Part shown: piece by piece, positions 10,769-22,177 of the stretch | Position numbering within the stretch: position 1 is the first letter of the stretch | Layout: each line of letters opens with the position of its first letter | Assembly: GCA_001662655.1 (NCBI GenBank) | Contig: KV460234.1 | Length of the DNA: 64,000 bases | Direction: 5' to 3' (one strand) | From: Pseudogymnoascus verrucosus | Lineage: Eukaryota | Program-made: the position numbers and the translations under genes | The notes under the pieces: generated by a model | The model's database searches: none | Told to the model about the DNA's origin: nothing | What the model saw: only the letters and a program-made list of their open reading frames with translations

Positions 10769-11363
10769 TATAGGTAATTATCTGAACTTTGAAAGGAGAT
10801 GATTACGGACGCAGTGGGGAGATGACAGCTTTTATGAAACTTAGTCAGCTAACTTCCCTGTATTTACCCGCCAAGTCGTTAGCCCGTGCAGGCATCTCAA
10901 TTGCGTGAAGGTCAAGACCCTGTGGGGCCAAATAAGTCGCAGAGTAGTGATCTGCTTGACCTTATGGCGTTGTATTTTTGGCATGTTAATTGTGCCTATC
11001 GTTTCCTCCTCCGAGCGTGCACACGAGTTGCGGTTGGTGGGCCCACGATGCGCCGTGTTGTGACACGCAGATGTGAGAATACTTACAATTCAGCCATCTT
11101 TTTGATTAATTCTTAAAATTGAGGGTGGTTTCTACTTTATTTGTCTTATTATCCAGAGCACAAAACGGGGCGTGCCATTCTAAGCCGGGTAAAAATGTAT
11201 AGCTATGTGATATGTTATTGTCAAAATAAAGAAAGGGAGGGTGCAATTTTCTCATTTCCATCTCCGCAGTCCAAACCTATAAGAAGAAGAGGAAGCCACC
11301 TCTCTTAATAGCCCACAAGTTCTTCTCCCAATCTTTATCAAGTTTTCAGTCGAAATAGCAACT

Positions 11364-12327
11364 ATGAAAGCCAACTTCCTATTCTGCTGCTCCCTCTTGG
11401 GAGCAGCCCTTGCGGTAACATGCCCTGGCGATACTGGAGTCAACGGCTATGCTAGTGTCGAAGGTGGAACAACTGGCGGAGGAACTGTCACGGCTATAAC
11501 CGTTACCACCTTGGCCGACTTAAAGGCTAATGCCGGAGCCTCTGGCAGTCGTGTTATCATCGTCAAAGGCACAATCGATACTGGCTCCGCTATCAATGTT
11601 GCGAGTGACAAGACCATCAGAGGCTACGACACTTGCGCCACTATTATCGGAGGGTTCTCCATGAACGGAGTCTCAAACATTATCTTCCAGAACCTCAACA
11701 TCAAGGGCGGGGATGCTGTCGATACGATCGCAAGCAGAAATTCACACCATGTCTGGTATGATCATCTGAGCCTCTCGGATGCTTCTGATGGCCTTCTCGA
11801 TGTCACTAAAGCATCTGATTACCAGACTGTATCCTGGTGCAAATTCTTTTATACCGATACTACAAACGACCACAGGCTTGCGAGTCTCGTCAGCGCAGGA
11901 GGCGGCACTCAACCCGACGACGAGGGCAAGTTGCATTTGACTTACCACCACAACTGGTGGTCGTCAAATGTTGATCAGCGCAGGCCACGGGTCATGTACG
12001 GCGATGCTCATATCTACAATAACCAGTACCGCGCGGGAGGTAATTCCTGCTGTATTGGCTTTGGGTCCTACGCGTCGGTCCTTATCGAGAATAACTACTT
12101 CCAAGAAGTTAAAAGCCCCCACGAGTTCATGTAAGATGTGTACGCATGGGCCGATGCCACGGGAAATCTCTACGATGACACAACCGGTAGCAAGGACAAT
12201 GTCTACTTTGGAAGCACAAATGCCGAGGGACAGGAGGACTTCACCGCAGGCCCCTTTACGCCACCATACTCCTACAAGCTAGATGATGCTTCTGCCACTT
12301 GTCCAGGGTTGCGCGGGGCCTCGCTAG
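11364..12327 (+). pseudogene. Pectate lyase (PL1), apparently disrupted
   Basis: Signal peptide, GGTTGG, VWYDH, DGLLD, TYHHNWW and QRRPR motifs. In-frame TAA at 12132-12134 with coding-like sequence continuing, and the typical PL1 tail LVQGCAGPR* lies in a shifted frame (12298-12327). Confidence 0.7.
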
Positions 12328-12692
12328 ATAATGATATCTGTGTTAGGGTAGGAAAGTAGCAGCAGTTCAATGTGTTTGATGTCATATGACCAACTTTTGA
12401 TACTGTTACCTGGTGACTGTACTATCATGAGCATCTAAAATGCGGAAGTTCAACTGAACAGATCGAGGAAAATGTAATATAGTACAAGTGGAGCATAATA
12501 ATCGGGAGATAAGCCATATATGAGAATTCCATAAACTCCAAACCGGAATCATGTATATACAGTACAAGGTATGCTCAGAAGCAGCCACTCAATCCCCCCA
12601 ATCCGCTATCTCACATCGCCGCAATGATCCACATTGCTGCCTCCATAGATGTGCCAAGACCGAAACCTACTGTCCCTAGATTATTCCTCGAC

Positions 12693-13644
12693 TCAGCACT
12701 CCCCAACATTTATTTTGCTCTGGGTGACCAGCATCAACGCGACAATCATCCCGTAAAGACCTAGATACGATATTAGAACTTAATGGCCTCATCTATTGCT
12801 GTCTCCGAGAAAGCTTACCGAGTACTTCTGCGAAGATGAGAATGAGGATCATGGCCACGAATAATTTCGGCTGCTGGGCGACACCGCGAACGCCACCATC
12901 GCCAATGATGCCGATCGCGAAGCTGAGATATCGTTAGCTGTATTTCACCCATAGCCTTTGCTTCCCATCCCATATTATCAATATCGACCGATGTCTTTGG
13001 CTATTGACACACACATATTTTCCGGCCCAGTTTTTCCATCCTCCTTTCTATCATCTCTCAAAACTCGGCCTCACATGTCGCGTTTTTCCAGGAAAGGAAT
13101 TTATCACATACCCAGCCGCAAGACCACACAACCCAACACTTATCCCAGCTCCCAACTGCAAAAAGGCGCTGTATATAGGTAACCGCTCCTTCAAGTCTCC
13201 CGATATAATAACCGCGACCACGAGCCCGTAAATCGAAAGGATACCCGCGAGAATCGGAGGCATGAGGTCTGTAATAGCACGCCATTAGCAATATCCAGAA
13301 AGCCGAATGCAAGAGCAACGTACTCCGAACAATCAGATCAGGGCGCAAGATACTGGAGGCCATGATCCCAATGCTGGATTTAGCCATGCCGTAGGAGGCG
13401 CCGAAACAGGTGAAGACGATGGCGGCTGCGCAGCCCATGGCGCCGAAGAATGACTGAGGAGAAGGTTAGCATTATGGATGCTTCCGGGGGTTGTGGTTGC
13501 GGCATTGAGGTTGGAGAGAGCTCGTACGGCATAGCTGGGACTGGGGAGCTGTTAGCAGGGGCGCCTGGTGCGGATCGAGCATGGTTTGAACCCATGTAAT
13601 TCAAGTGCGGGGAAGGCTAACCAGCGATCGTGATCGTAATCCAT
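12693..13644 (-). CDS. vma3: V-ATPase V0 proteolipid subunit c (diverged Vma3-type)
   Basis: Spliced model: MDYDHDRC (13644-13622), 13-nt micro-exon PSYA (13540-13528), [22 protein letters not shown]...RPDL...[10 protein letters not shown]...GLCGLAAG...[23 protein letters not shown]. Proton-carrying Glu retained. Confidence 0.88.
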
Positions 13645-14123
13645 GGTGGGCAGGTCGTCAGCGAAATCAATTTTTCAAAGGATCGAATGTTGACACAGGA
13701 AGTGGTAAAGGATGTTAACACAAGATGCAAGAATTATCTGTGGTTGAAATGCATGGTGCCTCGTACAGCCGGATTGGCGCTGAGGCTGGGCCAAGACGGG
13801 CAACGACACATACGTATTACCCGCTCCTCAATTAGGCAACCATAAAATGTACCATAATCGCATTTAAAACATAACGTTACGTGGATTTCGCACTCTAGGT
13901 GGGTATTTACCCCAAAACATGTCCAACAGAGCAGAAAATCCGACGTAAAATGTAGATTTAAGATTATGAAGTAAGTGTCTATAAGCCATGGTTTACATGA
14001 ACCCGAACGGAGCGATTTGGTCTCCCCCTGCGCATCGCCAGCCAGACCAACACATCTGATCCACGACGCAACGATAAAGTAGAAACATTGCCATAAAATA
14101 CATATATTGATACAAGCCTTTAT

Positions 14124-14904
14124 TCATCCCTTTGTTCTCGTATTGAGAATCAGTGCGACGATTAATCTGTGAACTGTTAGCTGTGAGGGGCCCAATAACG
14201 CGACATAACATACCCATAGAGCCCTAGAACCTCAGCAAAAATCAACAGCAAAACCAAGGGCACGAATATCCGCGATTGTTTGATATAAGCTCGTATCCCA
14301 TGTTCTCCAATGACACCAATCCCATATCCAGCAGCCAGCCCCGTCATGCCCACTGAGATCCCAGCCGCCAAGTGCATGTTTCCGCTGCCAGTCTTCAGTA
14401 TAGCTTCGTTTAGTTTCCCACCGTGCTGAGTTTTCTTACCTGTACAAAGAGTAGTTCTGCTTTGGCGGAGGGCTCATGTCCCCGACTATGAGCAGAGATA
14501 CCACGAGCGCATAGACGGAGATGATACCCGCCATGACCGTTGGGAGCAGTGACTGGCATGGTATCAGTTGTCGATTTGGGCATTTGAGATGCAGCTGCAA
14601 AATGGAGCCATACCTTCATAACCAAGTCTGGGCGCTCAACACCAACTGCCGCAACTGCCGCACCGGACCTGAATGTCCCATATGCAGCTCCCATGCCTAT
14701 TGATCGTGTGAGCAACTGCTTTCAGCGAAAACGGAGGCCCCTGGCTCAGTAAGCCGGCGATCAAACACTACGCACATCCAAAAATCATGGCAAAGGCAGC
14801 CCCGGCCTGAGAGAATGTTAACTCCGGACCCCTCCATCAAGAACCAGAGAACTCACCATTCCAAGAAACGGCGCAAACTTGGGTGCGCGCTCTGACTCGG
14901 CCAT
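14124..14904 (-). CDS. vma11: V-ATPase V0 proteolipid subunit c' (diverged Vma11-type)
   Basis: MAESERAPKFAPFLGM...GAAYGT...RPDLVMK...MHLAAGISVGMTGLAAGY...[24 protein letters not shown]. The APKFAPF and MHLA features are c'-type. Confidence 0.85.
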
Positions 14905-16311
14905 CTTTACGTCAGTAGTTTCTGGCGCAACCTGCGGGTGGTTGGGGAAGTGAGATAATGAGGGGGTGAAGATTTGCGTTTATATCTTTGGTAACGAGAA
15001 AGATGATGCATTCTCTAGGTATTGTAGAGTAGTACTGCCTAGCCGCCAAGGAATATGATTATGGCGAGGCTGAGCAGCCTGACAGAAACTCGTCCTGAGG
15101 ATGCAGGGTTACACCAGTGGAGGGCTACTCCCGCCTTTAGTGGCACTTCCCCCGCTTTTCCATCTTATTTTCATCTTGTCAACCATTGAACCTGAACGAA
15201 CTGCTGCAAGTAATAATGCTAAACCTAGTCTAATAGAATGAATAGTTACACACTAACTCGGCTATACGTACTGTAGTAGCCGCGAGGAAACTGGGCGTCA
15301 GGTCCGGTCTGGTGTAGATAAGCTTAAGTATCAGCGGATTAATTGTCTCGGTCGTACTCGCAGGTTTAATGTAGAAAGCGGACAGGCCCCTTCCGTGCTC
15401 ATCACTTTTGGTCGGAGGGAGTTAGGGCTTAAAAAACGCCACATTTGATAGCATATTTATCTATTTATTGTAATAAAATCAAATTTTATTTGCCGTCAGA
15501 AGCGCGATACCCTGCCGCCCCTTCAGCTTATCGGCCAATATTGGCTCGGTTGGAGGCATCCGCAGTTGACCCGTCAGCGGCACAGGTACTGCGCACGGCC
15601 GCACCCCAAAACACGAGGGTAAGCAGGGTTAGCCACGTGAGGCATCCCAAGCGCGAACCAAAGTGTATTCTGATAGATGCTTGGCTGCATCGGTTACTCC
15701 CTCGGCTATGGCTTTGTATCGTCTCATATTCCATTCATCTGGATCAAGCCTGGGGTCAATTCTCCGACCCCGCAGCGCAGACCCCGCCAGTTCCTCAGAA
15801 TACTCTCTGCTTCGGACGGGAATTGAGAAGAGTTGGTGCTTTCGCGTTGAACAAGATAGCACTTCAAAAATAGAAATGTGGATACCAAGCACATGTTAGA
15901 AAGGGCCACGACGCAGACTATGGCGGCAAGACTATTGGGTTCTATTGAAACCAGCCGCGTACAAGAGGGGCAAGTAAGTTCCCTCGCATTGGTCTCGACT
16001 CTCGAACGCATTGACCCCGTTAACGCCACAACGTTCCCACGAGGGACCCCTCCTACGTCGCTGATCTTAAACTAAAATCTGTTATAGTTCCCCCAGATTT
16101 TCAGCCCTTGGAATTCAATTTAAATGCTACACTTCCGTGGCGAAGCTTTCCGATGTTTCCCTTCACACCTATATCCATTCCGCTATAGTCGCCGCGCAGC
16201 CCTGGGTTACAACCACAGTCCCAGATATTGGGGAATGCCATATCGTTGTTCGTGACCGGAAAATTCCGATTTCGCATGTGGAATCTCTGGCGCGGCACAG
16301 ACAAGTCGGCT

Positions 16312-17639
16312 ATGTCAGGCGGCGTTCCGCAAGGTGCCTTGGGACTCTCTGTTATAGTGCTACTATACTCGTTCCTGTGCCTTTTTTTGGGCCTTTTGCT
16401 GTTCATTGTTTGCTGGAGGCACGGCGCAAAATCTACATGTATGTGAAAGAGTCACACGAGGAACTTCTGACCGTTATTAACTGAAACGCAATTAGATGTC
16501 TCACTGATTGCTGTTACTGCATCGGTGGCCTGTGTTGCGTCGATCGCACAGCAAATACATTTTGCTACGGATTGGGTAGGAATTAAACAAGCGCAGTATG
16601 CGGCGAAGGAAAGAAACCCGACAAATCCGATATTGGTTGTGACAGGCTCCGCCCAGGGTGCGGACTTGGGCTTGTTCTGGATCCAATTCACGTCATACAA
16701 TATCAACTCTCTTTTGGTCCTATTCTGGTTTGTGACTTTCGTCAGTTTCGTGCGATAGTGACTGACGTTCACCTTGAAGGTCCGGCTCTTTATTCCAGGG
16801 AACTTGGAAGCTGAAACCCCTCGTCAAGCTCCAGTCTCGATCTACTCACCTCGAGACTGTAGCAAAGCTATTTGCCATCCTTTTCCCGGCACCGCTACTC
16901 GGTATAGCTCACGCGCCGAGTATCTCAAAAAATGCCGCGCCATATTTGATATTATGTAATGCATCGTGTGAGTGGCAAGGATCTCATCCGTCATATCAAC
17001 AGGGCTGATTTATATTACAGTGGTCATTAGCTTGTTAATAGGTGGTGTTTTGCTTATCCTAACGCTGTATAAATTTGTCACATTAAAGAATAAGTTTTCG
17101 TCAATTAGAGGTTCTAGCGGGAATAGCAGGCAAGAGACCCTGCGTTTGAGACGAAGAGATAAGTGGATCATTATCCGCTTCTCTATTGCGTTTTCCATTC
17201 TTGGGTGAGAGTTCACTTCATTGTTATTATCCCTCAGCCAATATTAACACATGTATCCAGTGTCTTCGAAATCGCAATAGTTTGTTTCGAAGTCCTCCAA
17301 TACAACGCCAACCATGCAGCCATACGCGCCACCCCAACCACCGCCGCCGAGCTCCCCGCAATCCTGACTGAGATCGCGCAGTTCGTGCCGGGTGTCACGC
17401 CACCCCTAATTGCGTTTTTGATATGGGGCACGACAGATACGTATTGGCAAGAGCTAAAGAGCATGTTCACTTGCTATATCAGCAGGAGGAAGAGTAGCCC
17501 GTCAGTGGTATCGCGGAAGGACGCGAGCAGTTTGACCTTTGAGAGGCTGAGCAGTAAGAGCAACCTGAAGGTATTTTCGCCAACTGAGTTGAAGGATATG
17601 AGAAACGTAGATAGAAGCAGGGGTGAGCAAAGGTGTTAG
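16312..17639 (+). CDS. Multi-pass (about 7 TM) membrane protein, GPCR-like
   Basis: Five exons joined by GT-AG introns yield about seven hydrophobic helices, a basic loop (LRLRRRDKWIIIRF) and a Ser/Arg-rich cytoplasmic tail. Confidence 0.65.
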
Positions 17640-17845
17640 ACGTTGTGGTAATAGATCTGCCATGGCTGGTTTGCCCTCCTGTTGCAACAACAATCTAGGA
17701 GCCAACCTAAATACTTATATGTAACAGCAAAGGAGAATGCGATTACTGTGTTAAGGCATGGCCAGCATGCAATGTTGGTTGCCCTTGATAGTACATATAT
17801 ATACGATATTAAATGGTATTGCTACTTCATGTTCTATGTGACGTC

Positions 17846-18992
17846 TTATCCGGCCCCTGTTTTCCCTTTCCGAGCTTTCATGCCAATAGTGATAAAAACA
17901 ACTCCGTTCCAGAACCCCCGTAACGAACCAGTTGCGCCAACAGCAAGCAGAAGCGGATCTGATAAATAACCAGGATTGGTAAATGAAGCAACGCGATTGG
18001 TTGTTGGCGCGACCCATATCGCCAATAAAACGATGAATATCATCAAAGGCATTAGAACGTATTGTCTAAATGATAATGTTGATCGACTGGGCGGTGGCCG
18101 GCGGTATAGGGTGATGGTCTTGGGAATGTTAGTACATAGTAGAGTGGCCGGGAGAAAGTAGTTACCGATTCCCCATCTTGGGCGTTGGCGTCGTCTGAAT
18201 CGCCGTCGTTATGGGATATAGTTTCCAGAGGAAAAGAGTCGTTGCTGATTGCTTTGAACGCTTGCTTTCGCTTGAGAATGTTCACGCCGATGAGGCCATA
18301 TAACACCATAGCAATTAAAATGAGAAACCTGAAAGGTTAGTATAGCTTAAAAAACGACAAGGAGACATACCATATTGGTCCATAGTAAAATATTAGGCGG
18401 AAGAGTACCCAATTAGGATTTATCGCACACCAAAGCTATCATCAGATGTTAGTTGTTGGAACACTGAACTCGGAAATATTCACATACGGTTACACTGCCG
18501 TACATGGGGCCTTTTTCTTGTGTGTTGACAAAGAGGAAGGCTATCGCAGGAATTGATACAAGTGTAGTGATCACACTGAAGTATTTCCATTCAAGCTTGC
18601 GCAAAGCTTCTGCGTCGTATCTATGGAAGACAATAAGGAAGACGTCAAAAGCCATGGCGGTTGTCCACAGTACATCAGCCGGCGGAAACCTATAATTGTT
18701 AATGTTGGCGAGTACTGTGTGCCAGATGAACATACATTTGCATCAAGAAGCCTTGGAATTGGCATAAAGCTGAGCCATTTCCCGCTCTTGGGCCGCTGAG
18801 GGATATCATCGTAGCAATTGCATCGAATAGGTTGAAGAAAGAATTAATGAGGATGAGACGATGGATTGGGTTCCGATAGTGTTCTGATAAGCAAAAGGTA
18901 ACGATAATAGTAGTTATACCCAAAAGGGAGAAGCCTGACGCGACGCGCTCGACGACTTGGAGGGTCCATAGCTGATCATCGGTGAGCGGCAT
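17846..18992 (-). CDS. cAMP-receptor-like (CRL-class) fungal GPCR
   Basis: ERVASGFSLLG, YRNPIHRLI, CQFQGFLMQMF, ADVLWTTAMAFDV, LEWKY, SFRQYVLMP, LRGFWNGVVF motifs over spliced exons. Confidence 0.85.
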
Positions 18993-19916
18993 GGTGGCCC
19001 TTCTTTGGCCCTTCGTTGGCCCGTCGTTGGCTCGGGGAAGAAGTAGGAGAGATTTCACATAATTTACATTGTCCGTATCTACATATCTACAATACTACAG
19101 AGGATCCAACAGATTATATGAAAAAGGAGACAAATGTATCGCGCGTGTTTCGTGGCATATGACGTGCTATCACGTTTAAATAATGCCCTATCACCCTCTG
19201 CAAGCCGCAAGGGGTAACAGGGATGGATAGGGTCCTACAGCGTGGGGGTTGAAATAAGCTCCTGGGATTATACACCCGAGAGTTTGTTTTCCTTCCTTTC
19301 CATCCTTCTCGAGAGATATTATTGGAAGATGTTTGAAAATACTCTTCGAAGGTGAGATGGCAGGGGTTTGTGTCGCATGAGCACCAACAAGTCGGGGCTT
19401 CGCTCACACGACCCCCACCCAGCCGAACTCCCCGTAGTGCTCAAACAGAGGCGAGTACCGACGGAGCCGTGGAGATGTTCCAGCAACCGAGTTGGCCTTT
19501 GAGACTTTTGGTCTTCTCCTCGTCTGTTGGCGCAGGATCGCCAACCGAGAGTAGGTACGGCGAGCCCATTATAGCAAGCGCAGTTTTCGAAATTGGCGTC
19601 AATTGATGCCCATTGACCGAAATAGTAACAATACTCGCAATACTACACAAGGTTAGATTGCGATGGGAGCTCCAACGAGATAAAATGACAGGAAGGCAAG
19701 GAGGACAGGAACTGTGGTGTGGCGGCTGGTGCACGGTTTCGCGGCGCGGGCCGTGCATATGTACATACCAAGTGTACATGTAAGGCACCGATGGTCCAGG
19801 CCACAACGCGACACAGCAACGACAGGAACACGATCGGCGCCTACGATCTGGTATCTCCCTCATATTTGGGATCCAACACCCAGTTATGCGGCCTTCTCCT
19901 TTCTCATCTCTAAAAG

Positions 19917-20798
19917 ATGACGCTCCAAGATGGCCTCAAGGAGGCAATGGCCCATCATAAAAACACGGAAAGCCTCGCCATAAACAATACATTCATCCGC
20001 CGAATGGTTACTCTCCTGGCGCTGAAAACCACTGGTAGAATTCTACACGCGATATGGCATATGTGTTCCCATCTCGAAACACAAAATCGTCAAGTCTGGA
20101 ATTTGGGTTCATCTGACGGAAGCGGTAACTATGAAGTATATTGCGGAGAACACATCGCTACCTGTCCCTAAAGTCTACTCCTCCTTCGTACACAAGGGGC
20201 GTGCTTACATTGGATTGTTATGGAGAGAATCCAGGGTGTTGGGTTCCCTGCAGCATCTAAGGAGCTGTCCGAAGAGTCGCTGGAAAACATATTTACACAG
20301 CTAAAGGACATGCTCGAGGAACTACGGGCGCTCCAACCTCCCCCCGACATAGGAGTGGAGAGTTGCGTTGGGGGATCTCTGTATGATTCACGCATTCTCC
20401 GGAAAGTATCGCGCTTTGGCCCTTTCAAGACCATCCAGGAGTTCCATCTTTATCTCAGAGAGTATTGTGACCCCTCTACAATCCAGAACGTGGAAATTGC
20501 CCAGGATCTGGAAGATGTCAAAGATATGGCCGCAAAGCAGGACGGACCCTGGCCGCCACCAGTTTTCACGCACGGCGATTTGAACCCATATAATATACTT
20601 GTGCGCGAGGGACAAGTTGTTGGTCTTATCGACTGGGAGTTTTCAGGATGGTATCCTCATTACTGGGAATATACATCTGCTTGGTGTGGCAATATCTTGA
20701 GAACAGGCTGGCGAGACCAACTCCACAAGTTTTTGGATCCGTTCCCTGAGGAGGTAAAGATGGAGACTACACGACAGAGGTGGTGGGGTGAGATCTGA
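19917..20798 (+). pseudogene. APH/choline-kinase-like phosphotransferase with two frameshifts
   Basis: C-terminal FTHGDLNPYNILV and LIDWEFSGWYP are intact. The N-lobe (VHLTEAVTMKYIAENTSLPVPKVY) is in a shifted frame between an extra A at 20040 and an extra GGATT at 20212-20216. Confidence 0.75.
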
Positions 20799-21423
20799 TA
20801 ATTTAGACAGGAAGATCATATGTAGTAAAAAATCACTAGTCCATGGTACAGTCTCTAGGTTTTTAAGCATGTTCCAAGCTGACCTGGGCCCCATCAGGTC
20901 AGTCGCATTGGTATACCGACCCGCAGACTTCTTTTTAGCCACATACTCTCTCCCAGTCTGCTCAATCGCGCGCCAATCCAGTTGAGAAGTCCCGACAATT
21001 CCGCCGTCACTGATTATACGAGCTAAAACCTGCTCGACCCACGTCCGACATCTCCAATTCGGGTCGTTCTGGACGAAGGGAGTTGTTCTGAACACTTCTT
21101 TCAAGCGCTCGTCATCCTCGATCTTGGCAATTAAAAGTCGTGCGAGTAGTGTAGTCGTGTTTTGAACATCTCTTAAACTCAGTTCCTCATAATTCCAGCC
21201 CGTGACTATGCTGTTCTTGACGTGGTAGCGCGTGCCCGGAACCTCCTTCGATTTCTCTGCTTTGGGCCCAACAAGAAATCCCCAACGATATCTACATACA
21301 TGATTAACTTGTGTATAAGTGGCAATATAGTTAATTTAGTTACTGTCGCTCTTCCGGGGTGACATCACCCGTAGCACCGCTAGGATAAAGGGCAATGTAT
21401 AATCTGTTCTTGTTGGATACCAT
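20643..21423 (-). CDS. Conserved fungal hypothetical protein (RLYIALY...YRWG...YHVKN...WRCRTW type), possible stop-loss
   Basis: Exon 21423-21344, intron, exon from 21291. The ORF runs past LETVP (TGG at 20843-20841) into the neighbouring gene. Confidence 0.65.
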
Positions 21424-22177
21424 ATTCGCTGTGTAGAACTGGAAAACGTAGGAGTATCGGGGCTGGAAATATAATCCTTGGAGCTGTAATTTATATATGC
21501 GTGGTATTGAGGTTGGTAATTTTTGATAGTAAGTCGTTGGAAGTGGTACACAGCTTGCTTTTATTACTTTGGATTTCTACATATGAGGTTAGTAACATGA
21601 GAATCACCAGGCGTGAGGCGCATGGGTCGTTTCATATCAAAACAATACAATCCATTCATATTCAGGCAGCTGTCTGTTGGTTTTTCTGTGGCTGGTTAGC
21701 CTGCATATATCAGAAAGCCTTCTGTTGGATTTATTGTGAGTATCATTGTTGTTTGGGCAGCCCATCTGCGACCAGGAACCACAGCACGGCGCTTCGCCTC
21801 CCTGACCGGTGGATTAACCACACCACGCGCTCAATATATAAATATCATATCACTAATTAATCAACTACTAACTGGATGCATCCGTTCCATCGTAGTTTTC
21901 CCATACCTGCACACTCAGCATCTCCACTAATGCTAGCCCGACAACCAACAACGAACAGCCCGCACGCCGACAAGACTTTCACTGAACACTTATCAGCGAA
22001 CTTCTCGTCTTAGTCTATCCTGACCGTGCAGAATATACTCATTTTGGTTGAGACTACGCAGTCCCACAGCGTGGACCTACTGAGCTTAGATACTTATATA
22101 CTTATTTACTTACACATATATGCCCGCATACACACTCGACCCCTAACGCCCAGACTCTAGCCCTTAGCCCCCATTCC

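Noticed and set aside
15445..16075. Several overlapping 65-142 aa ORFs
   Set aside because: No recognisable motifs, mostly non-ATG starts; probably intergenic.
18052..18165. Apparent frameshift in the CRL GPCR
   Set aside because: Explained by a short GTAACT..CTAAC..AAG intron that restores SFRQYVLMP.
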